This document shows, in pieces, positions 24,792 to 38,145 of a stretch of 64,000 nt of DNA. Made by a program: the position numbers and the translations under genes. Each line of letters starts with the position of its first letter. Within the stretch, counting starts at the first letter, position 1. A model generated the notes under the pieces. That model made no database searches and was not told the origin of the DNA. It saw nothing but the letters and a program-made list of their open reading frames with translations. The DNA is from Felis catus. Taxonomy: Eukaryota. Where the stretch lies: NCBI RefSeq assembly GCF_018350175.1, contig NC_058368.1, forward strand, positions 91,514,001-91,578,000. The letters run 5' to 3'.

Positions 24792-25418
24792 CCAGCTGTT
24801 TGGTTTGGACAAATTTCTTTTTTTTCTTGTGTAAGATGGGGGCAATATAGTACCTATTTTATAGGGTTGTTGTAAAGATAAGTATTTACACTAAAAGTTA
24901 ATACAAATCTCTTAAGAGCTTGGTCCAAAGAAAGCTTTCAATAAATAATATTGTCCATTATTATTGTCCTCTGGCTTCAAGATAGTGTCTCAAGTTAGTT
25001 AACCTAACTTAAGCCTGCAGTGATTTTATCAGTAACATCATGATAAACACCTTGGAGGTGCATTTTTGCACACTGTTCATTGTGATGCAAATATAGTAAT
25101 TGGTAAGTTTAAAGATCCATACATTTTAAGTCTTTAAATATCTATTATTAAATTGTCATCAGAAATGTTATTCTAATTAACATTCCCACTAATGTCCTTA
25201 ATTCCTCCCCACATCTCCTTACATACAGTGTTTAACACAGGGCCTGGTTAACAATTCATGCTTTCATGAACACTTCAGTATATATTTGTCACTGTCCAAT
25301 TGTTCATTAAACAAATGACCTGAAACCTTCAGAAACCAGAATAACATCAGAAGCATTCATGGGAGCCCATCTACCCCCCACTGCCACCTTCTTCACTCTG
25401 TGTGATGGGAGGTCCTAG

Positions 25419-25595
<177 letters not shown>

Positions 25596-25676
25596 TAAAA
25601 AAAAATTCAGAAATTAGGATAAGTCAGCACCTGCTTCCTTGGATAAAAGGCATGGGTCATCAGAAACTTCAGTTGA

Positions 25677-25875
25677 GGGGCACCTGGGTGGCTCAGTCAG
25701 TTGAGCGTCCCAACTCTTGATTTCGATTCAGGTCATGATCATGATTTCATCATCAGGTCATGGCATGGAGCCCACACTCAGCATGGAGCCTGCTTGGGAT
25801 TCTCTGTCCCTCTTTCTGCCCCCTACCCCATTCATGCTCTCAAAAAAAAACAAAAAACAAACAAACAAAAAAAAC
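25677..25875 (+). mobile_element. Can-SINE
   Basis: SINE body with A-rich tail. Confidence 0.88.
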
Positions 25876-26150
25876 CTTTAGTTGAGTTTTACCCTTAGGT
25901 TTGTGTCAGATCACCATAAATAAATGTTAAACACATTTTCCCCTCTTATAGGCATGGAATTACCCCACACATGGAAATGAAGGAGGTGGTATTGATAATC
26001 CTCCCCTTTCCGGTCTATAATTGCACATTAGAAGTTTCCTCACAGTTTGGGAGTCATTTCACTGATTGTTCTGGGGTTTGTTTGCACCCCTCTCAACAGA
26101 GGGCTTTGTTCATTGGACCTACCATTTACCTTTCTTGCTTGGCTTTCCTA

Positions 26151-26304
26151 GGGGTCAGCAAGCTTTTTCTGCAGAGGGCCAGCTAAAAGATATTTTAGGC
26201 TCTGTGAACTACATTTGGTTTCTGTGACATATACCACCATGCTCAGAGGGCCATACATAAATAAACAGTGGTCTAGACTTGGCCTATGACCCATAGTTTG
26301 CTGA
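26151..26304. mobile_element. MER58A-like hAT-Charlie MITE
   Basis: Inverted termini GGGGTCAGCAAGC...TAGTTTGCTGAC. Confidence 0.75.
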
Positions 26305-26398
26305 CGGCTACCATCGTAGAAAGGGAGTCAGTGTTTCCTCATCTTCAGCAAGCTACTTTGTTCATAATCCTTTCCATAGGTACCTGTTTATAAGTATT

Positions 26399-26487
26399 TT
26401 TACGAAATACTTATAAAGTTATGAAATTTATCATCAAATTGGTTTCCATACAATACCCAGTGCTCATCCTAACAGGTGCCCTCCTCA
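26399..26487 (-). mobile_element. Tiny (~70 bp) felid L1 3'-end insertion
   Basis: ATGAAATTTATCATCAAATTGGTTTCCATACAATACCCAGTGCTCATCC; 14-bp TSD TGTTTATAAGTATT at 26385-26398 and 26488-26501. Confidence 0.85.
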
Positions 26488-26792
26488 TGTTTATAAGTAT
26501 TAGCTTAGTGTGTACATCTAACATATTCCCTCTTCTATGGAAAGCTAATGTTATTAAAGCTGCAGATTTATCATGTTTCCCTAACATACAACTATTGCAC
26601 AGCCATGTCCTACAGGTCCCTTGCCTTTCCCCGCGCTATGCCCTCAACATCGTGGGGGCACAGCTGGAGCACCCCCAGAAGCTCTTTGTAACATACCCTG
26701 AGTTTTCTGCTCAGGTCTATGATGCCTCTTTGAGTCAAAACAAAACCAAGTCTTTTTTGTCTCTCTCTCTCTTTTTGTTTGTGTATGAGCAG

Positions 26793-26888
26793 GACTCCTG
26801 TTTTCCAAACCAAAAGTGATCTCCCTGTTGCAGCAAGGAGACGATCCCTGGAAGGTAGAGAAAGAAAGTCCTGGAGGCCCCTCTCTAG
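26793..26888 (+). CDS. ZNF354A: ZNF354A KRAB-B exon (96 nt)
   Basis: GAGCAG|GA...CTAG|GTGAGT; encodes [31 protein letters not shown]; phase matches neighbouring exons. Confidence 0.96.
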
Positions 26889-27746
26889 GTGAGTGGCTGG
26901 GACAGAGGAGCCCGGGAACTGCTTTGGGCAGCAGTCTGTTTACTAAGTGATGGTGGGGCTTGGAGATGTTGGTTGGGGAAGCTTCTCTGTCCTCAAGAAG
27001 TGGCAGGGAGGGGACACTAAGGCCCCAGACAGGAGCCTCCTCTTATTCTGCAGGAATCACTTCCCAAGTGAATCTCTCGGGATCTCCTCTTATTCTTTCC
27101 TGTTCTCAGAGGAGGGCGGCACATCAGGTATTCAGTCAGCATTCAGTCAGTATTTGAAGAATGGCAAAGAATTCATTCTGATGGAGGCTCAGGGGATGCA
27201 TGTGAGGCAAGGAGCTGAGAAAGGAAAGGGTGTCAGAAAGCTAGCAGGGGCCATGTTACAATGTGCTTTAACAAGATTCTTGGAGATGGACTGTCCCATG
27301 GAAAGAAAGGATTTTAAGCAGGAGAATGATATGGTCTTGGTGTTTTAGAAAAATTGGCCTAAATCTGAAACAACGTAGAGGTCTTCCAATAAAGGCATGG
27401 CTTAAGAAGCTGTGGCAAGTCCCTTGCCCTGGCATAGAGCACCATGTCAGACAAGAGCACGCTGGTATGGCCAGAGCTCCAGGGCAGGTCACAGAGCATG
27501 ATGGTGATGTGCCCCCATTTGTGTTTAAGGAAAATTACGTGGCTGTTTGTATGTATAATATGTGTGGAAGTGCAGGGAGAAAGGTTAGGGGACACACCTT
27601 AGCTGGTAACAGTAGTCCTACTTGGAACGGAATTGAGAATGGGGGCGGGGGTGGGGATCAAGAATGGGCAGGATGAAAGAGGGCTTTATTTGTGTGGAAT
27701 CTGAATATTTCACAGAGAATATATTCATGGAGTCCTTATGTAATTT

Positions 27747-28133
27747 TGTTACTGAACCAAAGTGGGCCGACTACTTGGTGAGGTGTAGACAGACTACACC
27801 AGGTGGTACTGGCTCACAGGGTCAACTTTATTTGTACAAGCAAGGAGATTGTGGAAAATAATTTACAAAGCCACATCTCCAGGAACAAGGGAAATAAGGC
27901 TGCTTTTATTAGGGCTTGGGATGGATATAGAGAAAGGGATTCTAGCGCCATAGAGAGATCAAGGTCACTTCTGGCACTGTGGATTGATCTGCTCAGGTGA
28001 TCTGCTCAGGCAGCCTCCTCAAATGTTTCTTTTTCTGTTCCAGCAGTTAGTTTGTCTCTAAAAGGTAAGCAGGCAGGCAGGCAGAAGCTTTTAGGAGTTT
28101 AGTTCCTAAGTTCAGGGGGTCAAGATGGTAATA
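27747..28133 (-). mobile_element. ERV1-like solo LTR
   Basis: Termini TGTTAC...GTAATA, near-TSD ATTT/ATTG, and TTTATT (minus-strand AATAAA) near 27827. Confidence 0.65.
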
Positions 28134-28142
28134 ATTGGAGTT

Positions 28143-28357
28143 TATTTTTTTTAATTTTTTTCAATGTTTATTTTTGAGAGACAGATAGAGACAGAGCATG
28201 AGTAGGGAAGGGCAGAGAGAAGAAACAGAATTCAAAGCAGGCTCCAGGCTCTGAGCGGTCAGCACAGAGCCTGACGTGGGGCTTGAACCCACAAACCGTG
28301 AGATCATGACCTGGGCCAAAGTCGGACGCCCAACTGACTGAGCCACCCAGGCACCCC
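28143..28357 (-). mobile_element. Can-SINE
   Basis: TSD AATTGGAGTTT on both sides. Confidence 0.93.
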
Positions 28358-29659
28358 AATTGGAGTTTAATAAGAATGGTCACTTTGGAAGCATTGTGGG
28401 GGATAGATTTAAAGTGAGGGAAAACCTGATGTGGAACCTTTCAGAGACACTTGCAGTCATGTTGGCAAGATGTTTCTAAGGTCTGTGCAGTGGGGCCCAG
28501 GAGGAAAGACAAGGGGCCCCTCTTGCAGGTGTAGCCAAGTTCACTGTGGGGTGGGTCTCACTTGAGATGGGAGTGGAATGCTCCAGTAGAGATGCTGGTG
28601 GATAGTCCTGTGAGGTGTGTAGGGACTGGCAAGTGCCATGGGTACAAAGGTGGCGTTTGAAACCTTGAACTGACCCAGGTAAGGGCAGAGGAAATTTCAC
28701 CATTTATAAGGTGGGTTAGGAAAGAAGAATGTGTCTGAGCCTGAGAAGTCATCAGAGGAGAGGAATAGGAGAGGCTGCTGTCATTAAAGTTGGGAAAGGA
28801 GAGCTGATGAATGGGAGGGGGTAGGCTTGGGCTCTGGAGCATCCAGGTGCAAACCCTCACCCATGGCTTTCCTGTCCCATAATAAAGGGTGAATGAGCTC
28901 TGCGCTGGGCACTGGCAATGCGACATCGGACAGAAAGACATAGGTCCTGCCGGCTGGGGGTCATGTTCCAGTGGGGACACAAGTGCTCAGGAACTGAGTA
29001 AAGAGAGGGTATGGAATGACAGCTGGTCAGGACCCCACGGGAAAGATGCAAAGTGCTTTGAGAGCACGTGGCAGGAGGGGGAGCAGAGGGAGGAGAGGGG
29101 TGGGAGGCCCGGGGGTGCAGCCAGAGTGGGGCAGGTGCAGCAGGAAGGGATGGGCCTAGCAGCAGGAGAGGTGAAGGCGTGGAGGGAGGGGGGCCTCATA
29201 GGCAAAGACTTCCCGAGAAGGTGGGATCTGAGGATGCAGAGAAATAGTCCAGGCACAGAAAAGGGCATGTGTGTTTGTGCAGACAAAGGAAGCCAGCAGG
29301 TGCTGATGGGAGCCAGTAGAGAGCAGCAGGGACCAGATCCCACTGAGCCAGGGAAGCCCGGACACAGGATTTGGACTGTGTCCGAGAGCCACACACAGTG
29401 CATGAGGAGTCGGAAGTACCTGGCCACGGACCCGGGTTTACCCTCTGCAGAGATCAGCCTGCAGTGGACAGGGAGCCTGTTGGCATGGAAGTGGGGACTG
29501 GTCCCGGCTGTCCTCAGGTCCACACGAGTCAGTGACAGCCCCCCACGCTGTGGGCCCCACAGAGGACCCGTGGGATGGGCAGACGCATTCCCCAGCCCCC
29601 AGGCCCTGGTAGCTTTATTCCTACAGTAAGTTGAGGTTTTTGATGTGGGAACTACCTTT

Positions 29660-29905
29660 GTTTTTTGGTTTTTGTTTTTTGGTTTTTTAGTATTTATTTA
29701 TCTGAGGGAGACAGAGAGTGTGTGAGGGAGGGGCAGAGAGAAAGAGAGATTGAGAGAGAGACAGAACCCGAAGCAGGCTCCAGGCTCCAAGCTGTCAGCA
29801 CAGAGCCCCACCAGGGCTCAAACCCACCAACCGTGAGATCATGACCTGAGCCCAAGTCAGATATTTAGCCAGATGTTTAACCAATTGAGCCACCCAGGAG
29901 CCCCC
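29660..29905 (-). mobile_element. Can-SINE
   Basis: Reverse-complement SINE body. Confidence 0.9.
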
Positions 29906-30971
29906 GGATTTCTTTTTTTTTTTTTTTTTTTTTTTAACACTGACTTATGGGATCAGAGTTCTCTGGAAGCTGGTAGAGGCCACCACGAAGTGATCAGAGA
30001 ATGCAGGCCATCAGGGAACCAGGTGGGGTTGAGGAGGGTCCTCAGTCCCACTGTTGGGTGTGAGCCGGGTCTGGCATGGAAGGTCAGAGGAAGAGCAGGG
30101 CTCCCTTTGCCCTGACCTCAGGAGCCTCTGATCCATTAATGAATCTGAGTGAAGTGAGTATTCATTCAGTTAAGGGAAATAGTGTGACTGGAGTCCAAAG
30201 CTGTCCTGAGAGGCTCTGGGGCCACCGGGTGGTGGGGTAGGAGTCCAGTCAGCCTCCTCCTCCATTCTGGGGAGACGTCCCTGAGGGTAGACCATGGGTG
30301 GACGTCGGACGGACATAAGGACATCACAGCTGACCAGTATGTGAGTGTCTCTGGATGGAATGAACTCCCTCTCTTCCCTCAGAGGTGGAAGTCACATGGG
30401 CCACCCTGGGAGTCCGGGCATGTGGCTGTGTCTGTCCTGTACCCCTGTGGGATTTGGGGGCTCCATCTGCCTGGACTGAGGGGACTTCAGAGCAGCTTCC
30501 CCTCCCAAGGGCAGCTCACTCCCCTGCGAGTACGGGTGAGGGAGCCGGTATTCATGGGAGTGCCTTGGCTTGTTCACTCTAGACCCAAACCAAAACCTTC
30601 CCCTTGGGCAGCCAGTGATGGAAAAGCCCGTGCTCCCGGGGTAGGACTCCTAGAACCTCTAACTGCCTCCAAATATCCTCTTTTAAAAAAAAATTACTTT
30701 TATTTCAATACTATTCACAAATAGGAAAAACAAAAAGAACAAAAACGAACTGTCATCCCAGGTATGTAGGCTTTAACTTCAGAGATGGAAGGAGATGGCA
30801 CGCAGGGTGTGTGTCTCTTCTGAGTCTCTTGCCTAAGAAATGAGCCTAAACTGTAATCACTGAGGTTGTGCTTTTCTGGAAGAGTTGTAATAAGGTGATA
30901 CACATCATGAGTTTGCTTTACACCCAAAAGTCGAACTATTCTGGAAATCTAAAACTCAAAAAATGCAGGGA

Positions 30972-31150
30972 GGGGTACCTGGGTGGTTCAGTTGGTTGAG
31001 TGACTGGCTCCTGATTTCAGCTCAGGTCCTGATATCATGGTTGTGAGATCGAGCCCTGCGTGGGGCTCCTTGCTGAGTATGGAGCCTGCTTGGGATTGTC
31101 TCTCTCTCTCTCTGCCCCTCCCCTGCTCACTCTTTCTCAAAATAAATATT
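30972..31150 (+). mobile_element. Can-SINE
   Basis: SINE body flanked by AAAATGCA repeats. Confidence 0.9.
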
Positions 31151-31616
31151 TTTTAAAATGCAAGAATGATCTAGGTAAACAATTACCTCCAATGAAAATA
31201 TGTTCTTTCTCCATCATTTTCTCTTCCTTTGTTATCTGAACGCAAGAAGCCTTGTAGGGTGGACTGAACCTGGGCCATGTGGTCAGCCAGGGGGCCACCT
31301 GGGAGTTGCCTTCCACCCACCAAGCTAGGACTTGTGCTAGGACTGCCCCTGCACAGGGGGCAGGGGTCTTCTAATTTGCACGAAAGTGCTGCCCTTAGCA
31401 GCCTAGTGACCCAGCAGGTGGTAGTTTAAAGAGTGAATATCTTAAGAGGTGAAAGCAGAGCCCAGGTGCTCTGGAGCCGTGTCCAGTATGTTCAGGTCAG
31501 TCTTGTCCTTGTCCGTTTCACTCCCCAACAAGACCCCTGCATGGCCCTGCACCTCCCTACTGCCACCAGCATCTGTTCTTGTAGCTGCCAGAATGCTCTA
31601 TTAAAAAGTAAATTAT

Positions 31617-31832
31617 GGGGCAGCTGGCTGGCTCAGTCAGTTGAGTGTCCAACTTTGTCTCAGGTCATGATCTCACAGCTTGTGGGTTCGAGCCCTGTGT
31701 CCAGCTCTGTACTGACAGCTCTGAGCCTGGAGCCTGCTTTAGATCCTGTGTCCCTCTCTCACTCTGCCCCTCCCCTGCTCATGCTCTGCCTGTCTCTCTC
31801 AAGAATAAATAAATGTTAAAAAAAAAAAAAAT
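31617..31832 (+). mobile_element. Can-SINE
   Basis: SINE body with A-tail. Confidence 0.9.
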
Positions 31833-31839
31833 GTAAAAA

Positions 31840-33600
31840 TGTCAGGTCATCTCACTCTCATGCACAAACTGCTCATGGCTTCCATCACATGGAGCACAAT
31901 TCAGAGTCCCCAGAGTGGCATCTGGAGCCTACATGGTCTAGCCCTGGCTGTCTCTTCACCTTCCCCTCCTTCTGCTCTGCCCTTCATCTGAGGACTGTAA
32001 TCACTGTGGCCACCCTGCAGGGTCAGGCAGGCCAGGCAGACTCCCACCCCGGGGACTCTGCACTTGTTTTTCCCTCCCCATTCTTCTTCCTGATGTCCAC
32101 AAGCCCACTGACACTTCCTTGAGGTGGTACTTTCTTGAATAGATCCAGCTCAATTCTTGTTGCCCTCCCTCCACATCCTGTATCCCCTCACCATGCTCTG
32201 TTTTCCTCAGGGTGCTTTTCATGGCATGATAGTACATATTCATTCATTATCCCTTCTCTGGACCATCAACTCCCTCAGGCGGGATTGTCTGATTTGCTGC
32301 CATTTCCCCAGTACCGAAAACAGTGTCGGTCAGAGTAGGCTTCCAGTTAATGAATACGTGAATGACTCAGCTAGGCTGGTGGTTATGGAGACACAAAGAA
32401 GTGAGCGAATCTCAGAGACACTTGGGAGATAAGAGAAGCAGGGCTTGGAGATGGATTCGATATGAAGACAAAGGAAGTGGGTTATCAGGGGAGCTTGGTT
32501 TGTGGCTCTTTCTGGGATGGCTAATGATTTCATTCACTGAGATAGTGACCCTACAAGGAGATCAGATTTGGGGGGTGGTAGAAATAAGGTTTTGGATGAA
32601 TTAAGTTGCTTTTGATTGACCCAGTTATCCCAGGGGAGAGGTCAAATAACCTGTTAGATTTGGAGTACTACCCCTCAAAATATAGACTGGGTGTGAAATA
32701 TAAATTTGGGAAATCCTGGTCGTTACTGGGTAATTGAAACAGTGGGTGAGTTTGAATTAGTCTATGGACTGGGTGCAGAGTACAGTAAGAGCAAGAAAGG
32801 GCCAAGAACTCAATCTCGAGGAACTCGAGGAACTCTGGCATTTCATGGCCAGGTGGAGAAAAATGGGCCCACAGGGAAGACAAATGTAGGTATCCTGCAG
32901 AAGGAAAAATTAGGAGGCCTGGTGTCCTTAAGGTCAAGGCTTACAGCAGGTTGGTAACAGTAGAGGTGGGGAGAAGTAGAGGAGTGTGAGACCCATTTAG
33001 ATGGTAGAATGAACAGGTCTTGGAAATTGATTAGCTGCGGGAGAGGGGTTAAGGATGCCTCTTAACAGTTTTGATTACAGAGACAAGGGTTTATACAGCT
33101 TGGAGGGAATGATCACGAATTCAGTTGTAGGCATGATGAATTTGAGGAGTCTTTGAACCCTCTAAGTTACTATGTTCAGTGGGCTCCTGTATAATTGGGT
33201 GTGGAGAACGGAAGTCTTGCTTAGCATATATATTTGGAATAGAAGCTGACCTGTGGAAAGGGTGCAGAGCAGGGAGAATTGAGGTCCAAGGACTAAGCCC
33301 TGAGGAACTCCCAAGGATTGAACATCACTAGGACAACGAGTACACAAAGGAGACTGAGGCTGGAATGTGTAGCTTAGGAAGAGAGCGTCTCCAGGAAAAC
33401 AAGGGGTCACTGTCAGACACTGCTGAGAAGTAAGTTAGGTGGGAACTGCAGAGAACATTTTGTCTCAGCCACATGGAGGTCATGGCTGCCTTAGCGCGGG
33501 TGGCGGTGAGGACAGAAGCCAGAACAGAGCCCCTGAGGGGTGATGGGCAGGAGGAAGTGAACAGGTGCAAGGTACTGTAGAAGATCAGATTTGAAGAAGA
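31840..33600. mobile_element. Ancient LINE-2 fragments (mixed orientation)
   Basis: L2-like phrases such as AATGAATACGTGAATGA 3' end and GAGGTCCAAGGACTAAGCCCTGAGGAACTCC. Boundaries are fuzzy. Confidence 0.5.
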
Positions 33601-34163
33601 GATAGCAACAGCATTGAAAGAGCCCTCCTGTGCATGTAAACAGACATTTCTCTGTATACTTCCGTTTTCCTTTGTCCACTCTGGTTAGAGCACACAGCAC
33701 ACGTTATTTTGCCCTTTCACCTGATGTGTATTGAAACCCTCCATGGCAGCACATAGAGGGCTTCCTCGTTCCGGGGAGTAGCTCTGGATGATGTTGGCCC
33801 AGCAGGTCTAGTTTGGACTGCGATTTGATAGGTGGTATGATTGCTGATTTGCATGATGGGTACCACTTTAAAGCTGTAAAGCTGTACCTTTACCGCCTAC
33901 CCGTGTAAAGTCCATGATGTATTACAGTGAGAGCCCAAATGTCCTTCACAGCAATCTGGTTGAATAAACTGTGGCACATTCACACAGACTTCTGTGAGGA
34001 AGACTTCTGTAAATTCCACTTTGGGGTGATCTCCCACAATTTATTAAGAAGTGGGAGAAAGTGTAGGAAGTGTAGAAAATAGTACTTTTAGCTAAGGAAG
34101 AAGGAGACACCAAAACAGAAGTGTCTATTTGATTAGGTTTTTTTTTTTAAGGAGGGAAAAGCA

Positions 34164-34931
34164 GGGCACCTGGGCGGCTCAGTCAGCTGAGCGTCCAACT
34201 TCGGCTTAGGTCATGATCTCCCGGTTTGTGGGTTTGAGCCCCGTGTCAGGCTCTGTGCTGGCAGCTCAGAGCCTGGAGCCTGCTTCGGACTTTGGGTCTC
34301 CCTCTCTGTCCCTCCTCCATTCGCGCTCTGTCTCTCTCTCTCAAAAATAAACATTAAAAATAAATAAAAAATAAAAGGAGAGAAATGCCCCTTCCCCACC
34401 CTCCCCCCACCAAAAATAAAAAAAGTAAAAGCAGATCAATAAAAGTGATTATCTATAAGATGAAGGCAAAAAAGAAGAAAGGATGAACAGAACTTAGAAT
34501 TTTAAAAAAAGGGTTTTTTTTTATTTTTTTTGAGAGAGAGAGACAGAGTGCAAGCTGGAGAGGGGCAGAGAGAGAGGGAGACACAGAATCCCAAGCAGGC
34601 TCCAGGCTCTGAGCTGTCAGCACAGAGTCCGACATGGGGCTTGAATTCACGAACCATGAGATCATGACCTGAGCCGAAGTCAGATGCTCAGCCAACTGAG
34701 CCATGCAGGCACCCCTTATTTAGATTTTTTTTAATGTTTATTTTTGAGATGGAGACAGAGCCTGAGTGGGGGAGGGGCAGAGAGAGAGGGAGACACAGAA
34801 TCAGAAAGAAGCAGGCTCCAGGCTCTGAGCTGTCAGCATCGAGCCCAACGCGGGGCTCAAACTCACGAACTGTGAGATCATGACCTGAGCTGAAGTCGGA
34901 CACTTAACCAATTTAGCCACCCAGGCGCCCC
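34164..34931. mobile_element. Three Can-SINEs: + 34164-34375, - 34512-34715, - 34722-34931
   Basis: Three recognisable SINE bodies; the first is inverted relative to the other two. Confidence 0.92.
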
Positions 34932-34972
34932 TATCACAGCAGTTTGAATAAACATCCTTAGTGATTTCGAGG

Positions 34973-35742
34973 TGTGATATTTTAATTTATAACAATATAT
35001 ATTTGGTCTTCGTCCCTGTTTCTGGCATAGAGCTCCCAAAACTCTCAGAATTTCCTATTGATGAGAGCAATAATGATCACTTGTTATGTTGGTGAGGTGA
35101 CTTTGTGACCCCACCTAAGAATGGGCTCTGGTTGCCAGGAGAGCCAGCTGTGATTAGAGGGTTGGCATTTTCAGTCTCGTCTCCCTGACCTCCGGGGAGG
35201 GGAGAGGACTGGAGGTCAAATCAATTGCAACGGCCAATGATCCAATGATTTAATCAATTGTGGCTTTGTAACAAAGTCTCCATAAAAACCCAGAAGGACA
35301 GAGTTCAGAGAGCTTCCTGTTTGGTGAACATTTGGAGATTTAGGAACAGTGGTGCACTCAGGGCATGGAAGCTTCGCTTTCCCCTGAATACTGCCTTATG
35401 CATCTCTCATCTGGCTTTTCCTGAGTGACATCCTTTTGTAATAAACGAGTGATCTAGTAAGTGAAATATTTGAGTTCTGGGAGCCATGCTAGGCAATTAA
35501 AACTAAGGAGGGGGTTGTGGGAACCTCCCAACTTATAGCCCATTGATCAGAAGCACAGATGAAAATTTGGACTTGCAACTGGTATGTGAAGGGGTCAGGG
35601 GACAGTCTTGCAGGACTGAGCCCTCAACCTGTAGGGTCTGATGTTGTCTCCAGGTAGCTCGTTGAACTGAGTTGAATTCCTAGGTTGTTGCTTATTGGTA
35701 GTGTGGGAACTGCCCCTCTCCCCCCACGGGAATTAGTGCACA
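34973..35742 (+). mobile_element. Second MER21-like ERVL LTR
   Basis: TGTGATATTTTAATT...ATATATTTGGTCTTC; visibly homologous to 23886-24791. Confidence 0.8.
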
Positions 35743-35784
35743 GCTTTTAGTTAGCTTATAGGCAATAATAACTTCAAACAATAG

Positions 35785-36332
35785 GTAGGGCAGATCTGAG
35801 GACCCAGAGGTGGTCCTGTGGGACCAAGAGGGTTGTTGGCTTCACACAAGATAGAAATCAAACTCAAGCAGAGAGGAAGTGAGAGCAAAAGTTATTGAAG
35901 ATACAGAGAGCGCACAGATACAGAGTGTCTGGGAGACTCAGGGAAGAAGAGTGTCTCATCTTTGCTTGGGGTGCAAGGCTTCTACTAAGGACAGTGGTCT
36001 GGCGTGTGTGTGCTTTTAGGCAGCCAGGAACTGGTCGAAACAAGGACAAGTGCTCAAGTGCCCTCTGTGAGTCACTTATTCCCTGGAGCCAGGAGTCTTG
36101 GGTCAAGGTGTCTCAAGTCAGTGGTCTTTAAAGTACCTGAGGACTCTGCCCCATCTCTCCTGAGATGTTACTTGTTGTGCTGGAAGACTCCAAAGATAGC
36201 ATTAACTCCTTGACCTTTACAAGGAGGACATACATTAAGGCACATGTAAGGTGGGGGTGCAGGTCATGGCAAGAATAGAGGCAGGAAAAAAAAGGCAGTC
36301 CTTAACGGGGTCCCTTCAGTTTCCCGATCTCA
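35785..36332 (-). mobile_element. Carnivore ERV LTR-like element
   Basis: Ends ...GTTTCCCGATCTCA (TGAGA on the minus strand) with LTR-like composition; TSD unclear. Confidence 0.5.
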
Positions 36333-36477
36333 GTAAGCTTAAGTGGTTATGTTTACAAGTAGAGTTCTTATCTTTGAGAAGCACGTTCTGACATAGGATG
36401 GGTGAAATGATAGAGTATCTGGGACCTACCTGGTCCCCCCGCAACACACTGGAAGAGATGTAGGGGGGTGTGCAGTA

Positions 36478-36918
36478 CTGTGTTCAGCCTGCTCTAAGAA
36501 TCCCACACTGCATGGCTTCACCAGAGATTTAGCATCTCACAGTTCTTGAGGCTAGAAATCCAAAGTCGAGGTATTGATGTGGCCGCGCTCTCCCTGAGAC
36601 TCTGGTACATTCCCTCCTTGCTTCTGGGGGTGGCCCAAAATCCTTGTTCCTTGGTTTACAGCTGTGCCACTCTGGTTTCTGCTTCTCTTGACACTTGGTG
36701 TTCTTCCTTTGTGCCTTCACACGGTCTTTTCTCTGCGCATGCCTGTGTCCACACTTCCCTTTTATAAGGACACCAGTCATACCGGATGAGGACTCAGTGA
36801 TTGCATCTTAACTTGATTAACTCTTCAAAGACAGTTTCCAAATAAGGTCACACTCTGAGTTACTGAAAGTTAGGACTTCAGCCTATCCTTTTGGGGGACA
36901 CAGTTCAACTCCTAACAA
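36478..36918 (-). mobile_element. MaLR solo LTR (MLT1B/C-like)
   Basis: CTCACAGTTCTTGAGGCTAGAAATCCAAA...TTATAAGGACACCAGTCAT...CCAAATAAGGTCACA...CCTAACA. Confidence 0.8.
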
Positions 36919-37234
36919 GGCAGTAGATGAAACAGCATTGGTGATGGTTGAAGGCGGCTTGGAAATTCACTGTACAGTTCGCTCTACTTTTGGTATATGT
37001 TGAACATTCTCCACAGTAAAAAGCTTTAAAAGTTGGAATTAGCAACAAAATTTTGAGAACAGCATTTCTTTTTCACCAACACAGACATGGTGGAGGTGTA
37101 CGGATGTGTATACTACCCCGTCGTGGTGTTCTGTATAATTCCTGGCATGTAGTTCCCTCAGTCCTTGGATTTTAGTAGAAAGTCTCTGAGACTGCAGTGT
37201 GTATGATGTTTTTATAGGAATAACTTTGAATCTG

Positions 37235-37450
37235 GGGGAGCCTGGGTGGTTCAGTCGTTAGGCATCCAACTTTGTCTCAGGTAATGAACTCACTGCTTGT
37301 GGGTTCCAGCCCCATGTCAAACTCAGCTGACAGCTCGCAGCTCAGAGTCTGGAGCTTGCTTTAGATTCTGTGTCTCCCTCTCTCTCTCTGTGTCCCTCCC
37401 CCTCTGAGCTCACTCTCATATAAACATTTAAAAAAGTAAAAAGAAAAAGA
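37235..37450 (+). mobile_element. Can-SINE
   Basis: TSD GAAATAACTTTGAATCT on both sides. Confidence 0.92.
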
Positions 37451-37876
37451 AATAACTTTGAATCTGTCCACCTACAGGATAAGGTGGGAACAAAGTCTGG
37501 AAAGCTGGTTTGAGTTCAAAGATTTTGATGGTGCTTTAGGCCTCACAGTATCCAGCCTATATCTAAGCCTTTAAAATCCCATCTTATATGTTTCTGCCAA
37601 AAAACTAACCACCACCTGTACCCCTTCCCTACTGGCACCCTCCACTAAGGGTAGTTTGGGTGGTGCTCTAAGCTCACATTCATGTCCATTTCTACCTTGT
37701 AATTTTGTTGTAGAAATTATCACATGATGTGATATCCTATTTCTTCTTTGTCTCTAATAGCAAACTGGGAACTCCTGAACTGTTTCTTTTCATTACTGGA
37801 TCTGGGATGTCTTATGGATCACCAGTGCCTAGGATAGAGGTATATTATAGGTGCTTTTTAACTTTTTGATAAATGA

Positions 37877-38145
37877 GGCACCTGGGTGTCTCAGTCAGTT
37901 GAGCATCCGACTCTTGATTTTGGCTCAGGTTATGATCCCAGGGTTGTGCAGTCGAGCCCTGTGTCTGGCTCCATGGTGAGCGTGGTGCCTGCTTGGGATT
38001 CTTTCTCTCTCTCTCTCTCGTCTCTCTCTCACACACACACACCCTCTCTCCCCTTCCTTCTCTCCTCCTCCCTCCCTCCTTCCCTCCCTCCCTCTGCCCC
38101 TCTCCCCACTCACATGCTCTCTCTCTCTAAAAAATAAGTCAATAA
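37877..38145 (+). mobile_element. Can-SINE with expanded pyrimidine tract
   Basis: SINE head followed by (CT)n(CA)n(CCCT)n. Confidence 0.88.

Noticed and set aside
28889..29629. 246-aa ORF in the ZNF354A intron
   Set aside because: Non-ATG start, purine-rich decayed-repeat-like sequence and no recognisable domain.
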